Below are positions 12,906 through 25,600 of a stretch of DNA of 64,000 nt, one piece after another (the stretch's first letter is position 1; the number at the start of each line of letters is the position of its first letter). Location: the NCBI GenBank assembly GCA_964234715.1, contig OZ174279.1; one strand, written 5' to 3'. This DNA is from Podarcis melisellensis (lineage: Eukaryota). Made by a program: the position numbers and the translations under genes. The notes beneath the pieces are model-generated. The model saw only the letters and a program-made list of their open reading frames with translations, did not search any database and had not been told where the DNA came from.

Positions 12906-13785
12906 TCCCCATGTAAAACTACAGAATTCAAAGAGGTGTAGTTTCCTTCTACCACGTGTTTGTGTGTACACACAACACACATTTCAACCAAGATGAAAAA
13001 TTGGATACCATCTTCTTTGTTAGTAGGAGCCCTGAAAGTTATTAACTCTTAGGTCGGGGAAGAATTTTCAAATGTCACATTTCTCAATGACTTGAAGGGA
13101 ACTAAGACAGCCCTGTCCCAAACCATTCCCACTGTCTAGCTCAGGTCCAGATTCTATAGAAACTTACCACCAGGCCATTTTATAACCGATAAAGCTCAAG
13201 TAGCATCTTAGTTGAATTAAAGGAGGAAAAGTCAGTGGCAAGAGGACACACACACACACACTTTGCAAAGTAAACATTTCTGAATGATTTTTAGTTTACT
13301 CAGAGATCAAAGCCAAGCTCAATCAGTTCTGCCAAGGCAAGAGTTTCAAGCGGCGATGCACGTCAGTTGCAAAATAAATATGAAATACTTTTGAAGCTGT
13401 AACAGCAACACCTGAAGCTACTTGGTAATAAGCAATCCTGACGTTATTTGCTGGCATTCCTGTTGAGAGTTTCAGGGCCACAGCCCACAAACAGCCATTC
13501 CTTTATCTTGTGAACCTCTCTGAGATCTTCCAATGAAGGGCAGTATATAATAAATAAATAAATAAAAATAAAAATAAATTAGTGGCACTAGCGAGCAGGC
13601 CTTTGGGACACAATGTAGTTGCAATGCAAACCCTTTCAAGCTCTTTGCTATTGGGGATCTAATTAGATGCAATGGAAGCCCAACCCACGTGCTAAGAATA
13701 TACAAATTTCGGAGAGGAGAATTAGGGGCAATTTAAAGTGGAGAAGCAGAAGGAACAGGGCTGAGCACTCCAAAACCACCTATCC

Positions 13786-13921
13786 CAGGCTTCCTCAACC
13801 TTGGCCCTCCAGATGTTTTTGGCCTACAACTCCCATGATCCCTAGCTAGCAGGACTAGTGGTCAGGGATGATGGGAGTTGTAGTCTCAAAACATCTGGAG
13901 GACCAAGGTTGAGGAAGCCTG
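13786..13921. mobile_element. Short palindromic hAT MITE (family C)
   Basis: Near-perfect 136-bp hairpin; TSD ACCTATCC / ACCTACCC. Confidence 0.85.
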
Positions 13922-14407
13922 ACCTACCCTCACTTGATTTCCTCCTGGGAAGGCTTGCTTCTGGCCTTGGATCCTAGTCGGAAGAAAAGGGGCACTTTTC
14001 TGCTAACCATCCCTTCTCTGCATGAAATCACCTCTGCCCCCCCCCACCCTGTCTCCTTTGGACGGCAACCTGTGTTCCAGAGCACAGTTCTGCTAGTGTC
14101 ATAACGAGAAGATCCTTTTAATTCAAACCCTTAATTTAACGCAATAAAAAGAAAAGCTCTTAGAACTTCTTTCCCCCCTCACACACACACCTTTGGGGAG
14201 AAAGCCAATTACAGCCGTGCCTTAGGAAACTGAAGATAAAAGGGCATCACGTGGAAGAATAGACATTCCAAGGTAATGAGACAGAAAGCACCAGCCAAGT
14301 CTTAATTCTCTTGTTCCCGTCAAGGTGAAGATGGCTGTTGCAGTTTCAGCTGGGCAGAAAGTAAGCTGTGTCTTACATGCGTAGGCAACAATCTTGTTAG
14401 TCAATGG

Positions 14408-14595
14408 CAGACGGCCTTCTCAGTGGTGGCGCATGCCCTGTGGAACGCCCTGTGGAAATAAACAACTATCTGATTTTTAGAAAACACCTGAAACCAGCCC
14501 TGTTTAGGGAAGTTTTTAATGTTTGATCTTTTATAGTGGTTTTAATATTCTGTTGGGAGCCACTCAGAGTGGCTGGGGTGGGGAATAAACAAACA
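14408..14595 (+). mobile_element. L2 LINE 3' fragment
   Basis: Same family. Confidence 0.75.
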
Positions 14596-15261
14596 AAATG
14601 GCCCCTTGCTCAGGATGTGAAACAACCATTGTGCATGTTCAAATAGTTTTGAGGGGGGAACAAATACATCAGGCAATGGATACTACACTCAGCTGCGGTC
14701 CATCCACTGCTGTGGATAGGAAAATGGCAGACCATGCTAAAGAAAAACATTGAAATTTACCAGTGGTGAAGCAGGTTTGTTGCCGTTCCACAAACAGCTA
14801 AAAACATAGAAGCAACAGCAATGGAAACCACTCTAGTTGTACGGCACCCTAATGCACGTTGCCCAAAATGTTCCAGATGGTCAGGTCTCCCTACTATAGA
14901 CACACACAAGGAACGGTTAGCAAACGCATAACTTCAGCTCCCACTGCAGAGTACGCAACTTCTTTCCCTGGGCACAAACAATAAAATACGCTCACAGCTC
15001 CGCAGTTTGGAATTCACAGTTGCAACCTGTGACTTTAATTCGGTGGTCAGGTGCCAGGAAAACTCTGCAATCATTTATGTGTGCGTGCATGAACCGATTT
15101 GATAGCGATCAGGGTGATTACGCATCTAGGGAGTTTCGAGTCCTAGAAACTTACTGAACAAAAGGGTTGGTAAAAAAGAAAGCAAGTCTTCAGTACAAAA
15201 GGCTTCATCATAAAAGGGAGTGTCCGCAATCTCCCATTCCTATTCCAATGGGAAGCGTGGA

Positions 15262-15314
15262 ACATTATCTTCTATCCTGGCATCCACAGTCAAGTCGCTC
15301 CACTGAGGCTTACC
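15262..15314. repeat. 53-bp direct repeat, copy 1 (downstream of the RPP30 stop)
   Basis: 49/53 identical to 15817-15869. Confidence 0.92.
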
Positions 15315-15420
15315 GACAATGAATTGTCAAATCGTAAAGCACCCTATTCTTATCAAGCCATGCAACTGGGTATTTTAGAGGTTAGGGGGTTGATGGGCTC
15401 CCCTGAAAAGAGCCTTCTTG

Positions 15421-15527
15421 TCACAAAGCTGTCTTGGCTTTTTTACTGACTGGAGTAGTCTCATCTTCCTCTGTGGCTCGGTTTTTTTTCTTGGTGTACA
15501 CTACTCCAGAGGCAGTCTTCCGGGCTT
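15421..15527 (-). CDS. RPP30: RPP30 exon 11 (last coding exon)
   Basis: tttcag|AA GCC CGG AAG ACT GCC...AAA AAA GCC AAG ACA GCT TTG TGA. Confidence 0.93.
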
Positions 15528-18500
15528 CTGAAATCAAAATGGAGAGAGACATTTAGAAAGGCTCCCCCAATTACAAGCTGCTGGCTTGCAGAACTGCACC
15601 TGGAACGAGGCACTAAGTGCACAAGGCAAGGGCTGCACACCACTGTGCTATAGCGACTTCAACCAAGGAGACCACACCTGTACAACTAAGGGAGCTGATC
15701 TATTGCAGTGGCAACTGCCACCATCACCATCATGGCAGCGTTTTTCTATCAAAAAAGGGACCAGATGGATGCCGAGCAGATGAAATACCGCACATGAACA
15801 GACCCATACAGGCCATACATTATCTTCTGCCCTGGTGTCCACAGTCAAGTCGCTCCACTGAGGCTTACCCACTATAACCAGGCAAGATAGGCAGCCTTTG
15901 CATCATTATTAACACTGCCACTAATTGGGCAGGTGAACAGGGCAACTCAACCGGCTCTTGCAAGACACCCTACAAACTAGGTTAGCACAAACCATTCTGT
16001 GCGCTCCCGAGCTCCGCAGACCTATAAAGTCAAAGCACTTATTTGGAACCATTTAAATGAAGGCAGTGCTGACACATCCCCTGCTCATCCAGGACGGTAG
16101 TCTAGGCCAGGAACCTGTGGCCCTCCAGCTGTCATTGGGACTCTAAAACTTCCCTCAGCACCAGCCAGCATGGCCAAACATCACAGATGAGGGGAGATGT
16201 GCTCCAACGTCTGAGTGCATCGTGCCAAGCAATCCTAGTCTAGGGAACACGGCGTTTTAAATGCCGAACTGCAACAAAACCAGAAAAGGTGCTCTGTCAC
16301 CGTTTATACCACTCAGGGTGAGGGCCTGGATGGGTGGAGGGTGTGGGGGAAAGATGTTAAGCTACTCAAAAGCCACAGAGTGAGAATCTGTTGGCACAGA
16401 ATGCGGCCCACTTTGTGTGATGGACAGAGAAGGAATGGTTGGGCTGCATTAAGTGGAAAAATCGGGAGGGAACTGCTGCTCAAACCACCGGTTGTTTATT
16501 CTGTTTCAATCTGGTTGAACGTTTTATTTACTTTTACCTAGGTGTTTGGTTAAATTGGAAATAATTTTGATGCTGTAGTTTTGCTTGTTTACCTTATGGT
16601 AGATTGTTAAATTGTTTCTTGGACCTGTTTATACGATTTTGTAATTTATGTATCTTGCCTCCCCCTTTTCCCGGTGACTTTTCCTATGACTTCTGCTCCC
16701 TGCTTTGGGACTGAACACATTCACTGAAGTGCGGGTAGAAATACTATAAATAAATAAAGCTAGAGTTTTACATTAGCACAGGTATACAATATCCCCCCTG
16801 TGATTTTAATATGTTACAATAAGCCCACATTGCACTTTTTAAATAGACATTATGAAAACATTGCTTAGATTTAGGTAGGTAGCCGTGTTGGTGTGACGCT
16901 ATATATATATATATATTGCTATATATATATATATTGTCCAGTAGCACCTTAGAGACCAACTAAGTTTGTTCTTGGTATGAGCTTCAGTGTGCATGCACAC
17001 TTCTTCAGATTTGTTAACTTTGGACATTCTTGCAAATACGTTCGTTATCCCAGTTACTGTTCCAGCTTACCTCCATGAAGAAGGACTGCTCGGCCATTCG
17101 TAGAAACTGCTGCCTTGGCAGTGCTTTCAGACAGGCCAAACAGCCACCCTCTTTCCACTTTCGTTAAGGATATTCAAGCACAAAGAGGGCAAAACATGCT
17201 TGAGGCATAGCTAAGCACAGCTCCTCTACCAACCTACAAAAGCTACTGTGGCACACAGGACGGAGTATTGAAGTTGTCAAAGTTCAGCATGTTCAAATCA
17301 CTCCCAGCTCCCCAGATATTGCAAGGACGGAAATCAGAATAACCTGTCTGACAAAAGTGCTTGTCAAATTAAAGGGGTGGGGAATCTGCAGCCCTCCTGA
17401 TGTTGTTAAGACCACGACTTCCACCATCCGTTGCTATTTGTCTCCAGCTCCCAGCCAGCACAGACAGCATCATCATTCTAGAGGGCCACACCAATATTTT
17501 AACGTGGGGTGGTTGTGGCATTATATTCCAAACAGTGATCTGAACCACTTAGCTGCTTCTCTGGTCACAGGTGTTTAACTACAGATTCATTTTCATAATA
17601 ATAATAATAATAATAATTTATTATTTATACCCCACCCATCTGGCTGAGTTTCCCCAGCCACTCTGGGCGGCTCCCAATCAGTGTTAAAAACAGTACAGCA
17701 TTACATATTAAAAACTTCCCTGAACAGGGCTGCCTTAAGATGTTTTCTGAATGTCAGGTAATTCTTTATCTCTTTGACATCTGATGGGAGGGCGTTCCAC
17801 AGGGCGGGCGCCACTACCGAGAAGGCCCTCTGTCTGGTTCCCTGTAGCCTCACTTCTCGCAATGACGGAACCGCCAGAAGGCCCTCGGCACTGGATCTCA
17901 GTGTCCGGGCTGAACGATGGGGGTGGAGACGCTCCTTCAGGTATACAGGACCGAGGCCGTTCAAGGTTAGCTAGGCAGGTTGGGATCTTTCTGTTCATTT
18001 AGTATTTTTGATGCAACAACCAAACATCAGAACCGAAACACCAGTACTAGATACCCGTGGTTCCGGTCTGTTAACGTTCCGTATGACTACAGTAAGCTAG
18101 TATACGACCACTGAGTGTAGAAGAATATATATCTGCAGCATTTACAGGCTATTGCACACAAAGGCATTGGGAGACTGTTCTATTTATTGGCTGCCCAACA
18201 AAAAGGAATCTTGAGGCACTGGAGTGGGGATGTTCTAAACTTTCTTAGAATGCCTTATCTTAATTGGCAACCCTTGCCCATTATTCTAGTAATATTATGG
18301 GTTGGCTCTTCTGTTTTCCACTTTGTTATACCTTGTGTGGATTGTACAGTGGTACCCCGGGTTACATACACTTCAGGTTACAGACGCTTCAGGTTACAGA
18401 CTCCGCTAACCCAGAAATAGTACCTTGGGTTAAGAACTTTGCTTCAGGATGAGAACAGAAATTGCGCGGCAGCAGCGGGAGGCCCCATTAGCTAAAGCGG

Positions 18501-19662
18501 TGCTTCAGGTTAAGAACAGTTTCAGGTTAAGAACGGACCTCCGGAATGAATTAAGTACTTAACCCGAGGTACCATTGTATTGTTTTTAAAAAGGGCTTTT
18601 ATAAGAGAAAATGTTGAATGTCACTCCCAACCCCAAACTATCAATCTGTCCTTGCTGAATCCTGAAGGTCCACTGTCAGCCAGGACCCATTTGACTCACC
18701 GTGTAAGAAAACCCCAGGAGATGATTTCCCCCCTTCCCTCCCTAGTCCTTCTCTTTTTCAGCTCCGCGCTCCCTCTACACCACCCTTCACAGACACCCTC
18801 CTTTTCAAATCACTGCTTTGTCTTCCTCCTCCATTTCCTTCGGCTACTTTCTCACCCTCCTAGCACTGCTTCAGCCTCACACCTTGTCTCCTGCCATCGC
18901 TACACAACCCTTCCTTGTCTCTGGGCTCTCTTGCGTTGTTTCCTCTCCAAACAAACTGACCTTTCACCCCTCTTGCAAAAAGCAGGATCATTTATGAGCA
19001 TTCTGCTGCTGAGAGTTTTACCCTTTTCAAGGAGAGGCTAACGGCTGTATCTCAGGCAGCGAAGTTCTGAAGGTCCTAACAAACACACTTGAAAAGGATA
19101 CAGGTTCGCCACATCGTACGGACCTCGTAGTTGTAGAGGCTGCAACGGAAGAGAAAGCCATTACGCATGCAGATGCTAGGTGACAAATACAAAACTGTAT
19201 ACGCTAGGGCAGTGTTCTTCGCCCCTGGGCCCCCAAATGATACTGGACTCCCAACCCCATTGGTCTGGGTCTGCCTGGTCAACGACCAGGGATTAGCTGT
19301 GCCTAGGAGTTGCTAGAAAAAAACAAAAAAATTACCAAATTTTAGGTAAAGGCTATGTGAGTTTCCCCAAACGAAATGGAGTGTGTGGGAAGAAGTGTGT
19401 GCAAATGCTGCCTGGTTAGCAAAAGATAAATACAAAGGGATGATCATTCAAAAGGAACCCAGGAAGCTACCAGAGTCAGATACCTGGTATATTTAGCTCA
19501 GTATTGTTTTCAATGACTTGGAAGCAGATCTCCAGGATTTTAGAAAGGAAGCAACCCCAGTTCTAATGGAAGATACCATGGATCGAACCTGGGATTTTCT
19601 GTAGGCAACCCAGGTCCTCCAATGAAGCACGAATATGAAGCACCCATTAGTCATTGCAGGAC

Positions 19663-19693
<31 letters not shown>

Positions 19694-22600
19694 CTTTTCT
19701 GCTGCACTGGATAAAACTATATTCTAGGAAATAAGGCAACACAAAAAAACTAATTAGTGGAAGTTTCTGAACGCATTCCCTTTCTTCTCTGAAAGGCTTT
19801 CCCCAATGCAGAACCACAATGTGAACACAAAATGGCACATTATAGACACACACACCCTCTGAGCAGCCTTGTGCCTTGCAGAGCACAATTCACTGTGCAT
19901 ATCTCACTGGGAAGCAAACACGCCATATGCACCTTTCTCACAACCTACAGTGATTCCTTGGGTTAAGTACTGAATTTCTTCCAGAGGTCCGTTCTTAACC
20001 TGAAATTGTTCTTAACCTGAAGCACCGCTTTAGCTAATGGGGCCTCCTGCTGCCACCGCGCCTCCAGAGCACGATTTCTGTTCTCATCCTGCAGCAAAGT
20101 TCTTAACCTGGGATAATATTTCTGGGTTAGTGGAGTCTCTAACCTGAAGCGTCTATAACCCGAGGTACCACTGTAAAGAAGAACTCTGGGGAGTGGGAGC
20201 GAGTCCTGTGGGCACAGGGGAAAGGACTCAAGGAAATGATTCAATATTGGTGATTAATCAAACCAAGACACTGCTATAGTGCACTTGAATCAGGATTCTC
20301 TTAAGCTGCATGGACCGAGTGATTACAAGTCAATGTGCTGCAGAGATTTGAGAGGTGAAGTAGGAGCTAATAGGCCAGGGTTCAAAGCCCTCCTTAGTCA
20401 TGAAGTTCACTGGGTGACTTTGGGGTTGTGACTTTTCCTTAGCTTAACCTACCTCGCAGGGTTGTCGTAAGAATAAAATAGTGTGTGTATGTACATGCCT
20501 ATGTGTTGGGGTGGGTGGGGCAGAACCCTATACAGCCGTACCTGTTCTGGAAGTCCGTTCGACTTCCGAAATGTCCGGAAACCAAATTGCGGCTTCTGAT
20601 TGGCTTCAGGAAGCTCCTGCAGCCAATCGGAAACCCCGTCAGACATTCGGCTTCCAAAAGAACATTCGAAAACCGGAACACTCACTTCCGGTTTTCAATC
20701 ATTGGGGAGCTGGAACGCTCAACTCCCAAGGCGTTTGGGAGCCGAGGTATGACTGTATGCTGCTTCAGCTCCAGGAAGGAACAGTGGGCTGTAAATAATA
20801 AAAAAACATGGCATGGACTTTGGAGAATATATTCTCAGAAAAAAACTGGAATAGGTTACGTTATTTCATGCAAACCTGACTCATCCTAATTCAAAACCAC
20901 AACATCCACGACCGGCAAGAACAAAATGAGGAATAAGACAAGCACCCATTCTGCTTTTGTTTGTCATGGGCATGGGGGTGGTAGTCTGGGGCCCATCAGC
21001 TGGGGATGGAATGGGCCCCCACCCACACGAAATAGAACTTCGCTGACCCCACAGGCATGCAAACAAATATTGGTCTGACAAAGAAAAGTAAGCAGCACAG
21101 GACCCATTCTCTGTGGCTTTCAGGGCCTATTGAATTAATTAGCTGCTTAGTTGAAGCAGAAGAAAGGGGGAGGGGTTGGTCTACTTGAGAAGGGGTGGGG
21201 AACACTGGGTCCCTCAGATATTGCTGAACTACAATCCCCATCATCCTTGGTCACCAGCCATGTTTGCAGGGGCTGATGGGAGTTATAGTTCAGCAGCATC
21301 TGAAGGGTCTGAGGTCCCCTACTGAAATCTTACAATCTCGCGAAGTTGTGGATTACTCTTAGGACGGCAGCAGGCTATGTATGCACCATGCGGTTAAAAC
21401 AACAACAACAACCCCAAACACTTTCCTGTTTTAAATACGTAGGAAAGAAAGCGATGGAGGACCTCTTTTCTTTCTATTACTTTCCACAACCTCCTCCACG
21501 CCAAAAAATAGCCATGAAGTCCTGAGGTTCTGTTCTGAGAGAGAGGGAAGGTTTCACAGAGGCTAATAAAAAGCACCCTCTTCCTGAAGCCTCCCCCCCC
21601 CCCGGAGCCCCAAACAGCATTTCAAGGCTCCTGTTTTAGGATGGCCCAAATTCTGCTGAGAAGACACTCTTGTTAAGGGCCAGTGACCCAGACATTTCCC
21701 CTCTCCCCTTCCTTCAACAGGCAATCTGATGTTAATAGTCTGCCCTCCTTCAGGAGTTCCGCAGCTTTCCTGAGAAAGTTTGCAAAGTCAGAAACGTATC
21801 AGTTACACCGAGCTCTCAAACAATGATCATTTGCTGCGGTGATCGAAGACCAACAGAAGGAAAAGGGGAACAGTTCAAGCTGCCTATTCTTAATTCAGAA
21901 CAACATTAACTGGAAGGGGGGGGGAAAGTTCTGACGAAAAAGAAGTGGGGCAAACCCATTTTGAGCCTCACCTTCCCTCGGCAGATCTGCATCAGACTGA
22001 GTGCATTTGAAACCGTGTATCTTCTCATTGTGGAGTCTTTGATGGCAGGCACATAAATAAGTTCAAAGTAGATGCCTCGATCTATTGCCTTCACATGAAA
22101 GAAAAGCAAACAGAAGCTGAAGGGAGTTTGACACAGTCAACGTCTCACAGCTATTGTATATTATTGATGTGTTTTCCCTGCTGTCTCATCTCCTCCAAAA
22201 AGCAGAGGCACCCAGTGGGACAAAGTTAATGGCTCTCTAGAAAAGCAAAAGTCCCTCTTCCTCCTCCTCTGCTACACATAACATAAAAAGGACACAGTAT
22301 TCCATGCTCCCGCACTTGGGATTTCCAAACTGTAAAGTGTTTGGCAATTCCACACCTCTGCAAATCTGGTATTGTTTCTTCTGGTTTTTTTTTTAAAAAA
22401 GTTTCAACAGGAGAATTTGGATTTTGGCAGGGTGTATAAAAGTCCAAGCAGTGCCACAAAACCTCATGCCCACCTTGTTAATTAATTAATGCTATTTATA
22501 TACTGCTTAATTACTGTAGAATTCTATCCATTATATTTTACCTGCCCAATCAGAATGAATTTCAGGAACCAAAAGAGTCTTACTGAAAAATACAAACTTT

Positions 22601-25600
22601 GAGCTGCCTGGCCCCCAAATGTGCAACCAAGCATTCCGTTTTGGCTGCTGTAACCCTGATTTAAGAATCCATTGGGTGCCTGGGCTAATATATCTGTGTT
22701 TCTAACATGATACCCGAGCTGCTTCTCCACAGAGGACAAAACTGTTAATGGACAAGCAGAAAAACGAAAGGAGAAAGAAGAGGAATGTCAGGACTGCGCA
22801 CGACATTTGCAGGCCACCTTACCACATTCACAGAAGGTCTCTTGATGTAGAACGGCAGCTTTTCTGTTACGTTGATGCACACAATATCTACGTCTAAGGT
22901 TGTGCAGGCCACCTGTATTGCAAATTTGAAAGCAGAGGGTTACTTTTTTTTTTTAAAAAAGGCAGACACTGACATACTTGTATAGTTTCTCTACAAGTTC
23001 TAGTATTGTGCCCTGCAGCAGAATAGCTGACAGGAAAGCAATTGTTGCCCAAGTGTCAAGGAAAGAGATGGGGGAAGCCGTGGCCTTCTAGGCATGGTTG
23101 AATGGTAGCTCCCATCAGTCCTACCCAACATTGTCAGCTCCCATCTTCACAGGATGGAAATAAGCGGTTTTACTGGATCGCTTCTATTCCGTATGTTGAT
23201 TATTCTTAGTTGAAAATTTAAGGGTTTCGTTGAAGCGAGAACTGAGTAGATTGGGTGGGCGTACAGAGAGCCTGATGGTTGAATCAAGTGCATGTGGGGG
23301 CTGTTGTGTTTACGTTATAGTTTTGTGTACTGTGAAAATGTGTATGTGATTTTGGAGACGGTATGATTATGTGTTTCTTTTTATAGGATGTACGAGATTT
23401 CCAAGATATTATACTATAATTATGCTGCATTTTGATGTTTTCCACAGGATCTGCTTTTGTGGCTCTTAAGTTGTCTTTACAAATGTACATTGTCTAAAAA
23501 CATTTATTGCTGTTTAATTATGTAATTTAAAATACGGAACTGCTGTGAGGTACAGAATGCAGAATCCGAACTGCATTTCTTATATCGGCACCATTTTCTT
23601 GAGATATACAAGCTGTTTAGAGATTTCTGTTGACATGCGAAGCGGTATACAGTGGTACCTCGGGTTACATACGCTTCAGGTTACATACGCTTCAGGTTAC
23701 AGACTCTGCTAACCCAGAAATAGTGCTTCAGGTTAAGAACTTTGCTTCAGGTTGAGAACAGAAATCGTGCTCCGGTGCCGCAGCGGCAGCAGGAGGCCCC
23801 ATTAGCTAAAGTGGTGCTTCAGGTTAAGAACAGTTTCAGGTTAAGAATGGACCTCCGGAACGAATTAAGTACTTAACCCGAGGTACCACTGTATAAACTA
23901 AACGAAGCCCAACAGCACCTGGGAGACCACAGGTTCTTCATCCCTTCCAATGGACCTAGTGTATTCTTCCAACATTGCATGTTGAGGTCAGGGCGGAAAG
24001 GGGTTAATCAGAGCAGCATTGAAAGATCTCATATGCTTAATGATGGTATGTAAAACCCTGGAGCAAACTTTCAGAATGCAAGGGAGGAATCCAACTAAAA
24101 AAGGTTATATTTCAGAGAATTTGGAGAGCACATACACTCCCTTCGTATAATATCAAAACATAGTATATCTATGGGCTTTCCCCTCTTGAGCGTCACATAC
24201 AGTGATCCTTACAAGAACCCTGTAAGGCAGGACAGCATTGCAGAAGAGAGGTCAGGACAGAGGTTGTAGTTTGTCCAAGGACCCTCAGGGAGTGTCTAGG
24301 GCAGTGTTAAAGCTTGACAGCTAGCAATTTCCTTGCCACCAGAAAGAAAACTCAGCTGATTCCATTCTTGAAACCGTGGCAACATAATTATTCACACCAT
24401 CAAAAGGAATCTTAAACAGAATCTGCATCAGCCAGGGACACAAAACCCACAAGAAAGGGAGTTCTTCAAACTGCAGCAGCAGCAACAACAAAGCTGACCA
24501 ACATTCGTCCAGAACGATGATGTTAGAAAAGAAAACTTAACCGCTGGCTTTTGTACAAACTCTCGATTTTTCCATGACTTGTAGGGATTTAAAATACTAA
24601 GTATGCAGAGAAAAGAAAACCTTGGGGTAGGGGTGAGGGCAAGGTGGGAAGAATGCTGAAATGTGGCCTATTATTCTGGGAAAAAATATTTCCTTCCTTT
24701 AACAAGAGGCAACACTGCCATCTGCTGGATACAGGACTGCTCTCCATACCAAATATATCACTTGAAAAATCCAACTAGTTCCTGTCCCAGTGTGCAACTG
24801 TTGTACGTTTACAGTTTAAAAACCCCATATTGTTGCTAGATAAAGAATAGCAGTATTTTTTCTCTTGCCTTGGCATTCACCCAAGAAGCAGCGTTCAGTG
24901 AAATCTCTCCTCACATCAGAAAGAACAGAAATCTCCATTAGATCCCTGCTTGTCCATCGCTACAAGAAGCAGTAGTAGCATGCGTGTAACCCTGCAGGAT
25001 GCATTTCCTTTGTGGGTATAAACCTTCTTGCAGTGGGAAAGACGAAAGGTTGGGACAATGGACATGACTCCAACCTCTGTACAACAGGCTACATCAGAGA
25101 TTCTCATGCAGGAGAGCAAACAGGAGTCACTCTCACAGTTCAAGGCCCTTGAGGAGGCAGAGAAGTGAAGGGGGTAGCCTAGAGAGAAGGCCAGTGGATA
25201 CGAGGTCTGAAGGGCTAAATGTGGCCTGTAGGCCCAAGACTTCCCAGCCCGATATAGAACTCTGAACACTCCAAAGCCCCTCACAAATGTGTTTGGACAA
25301 CAGTATCTTGGCCAATATGAAGGAAGCACATGTCCGGCTACAGTTTTTTGTTATGTCGAGTCCAGGAAGTCTTCCTCATCAGATGCAGCTTGAGCTGTGG
25401 CCACCAAGGAAAAATGTCCCTTTGGGTCATCTGACATCACTGTGATGTCAGATGACTGACAGGCGAGCAGCTTTTGGAAGGCCCGTCTTAGCGAAAACAC
25501 AGAGCGAGTCAATAATCTGCAAGTGCCTTAGGGAGAGTCACTCTTGGGCATGGGTAGGCAAACTAAGGCCCGGGGGCCGGATCCGACCCAATCGCCTTCT

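Larger units (their letters stand above)
17151..19101 (-). other. RPP30: U12-type (minor spliceosome) GT-AG intron, RPP30 intron 9
   Basis: 5' splice site GTATCCTTTT; branch site TCCTTAAC (17170-17163) 12 nt upstream of the exon 10 boundary; no polypyrimidine tract. Confidence 0.93.

Noticed and set aside
18020-18125. Possible intronic C/D snoRNA in RPP30 intron 9
   Set aside because: CTGA is present on the sense strand but no C box (RTGATGA) or terminal stem was found.
23150-23290. CpG-rich stretch that looked like a NUMT or foreign DNA
   Set aside because: No recognisable mitochondrial gene, tRNA or protein motif in any frame examined; more likely part of a LINE 3' region.
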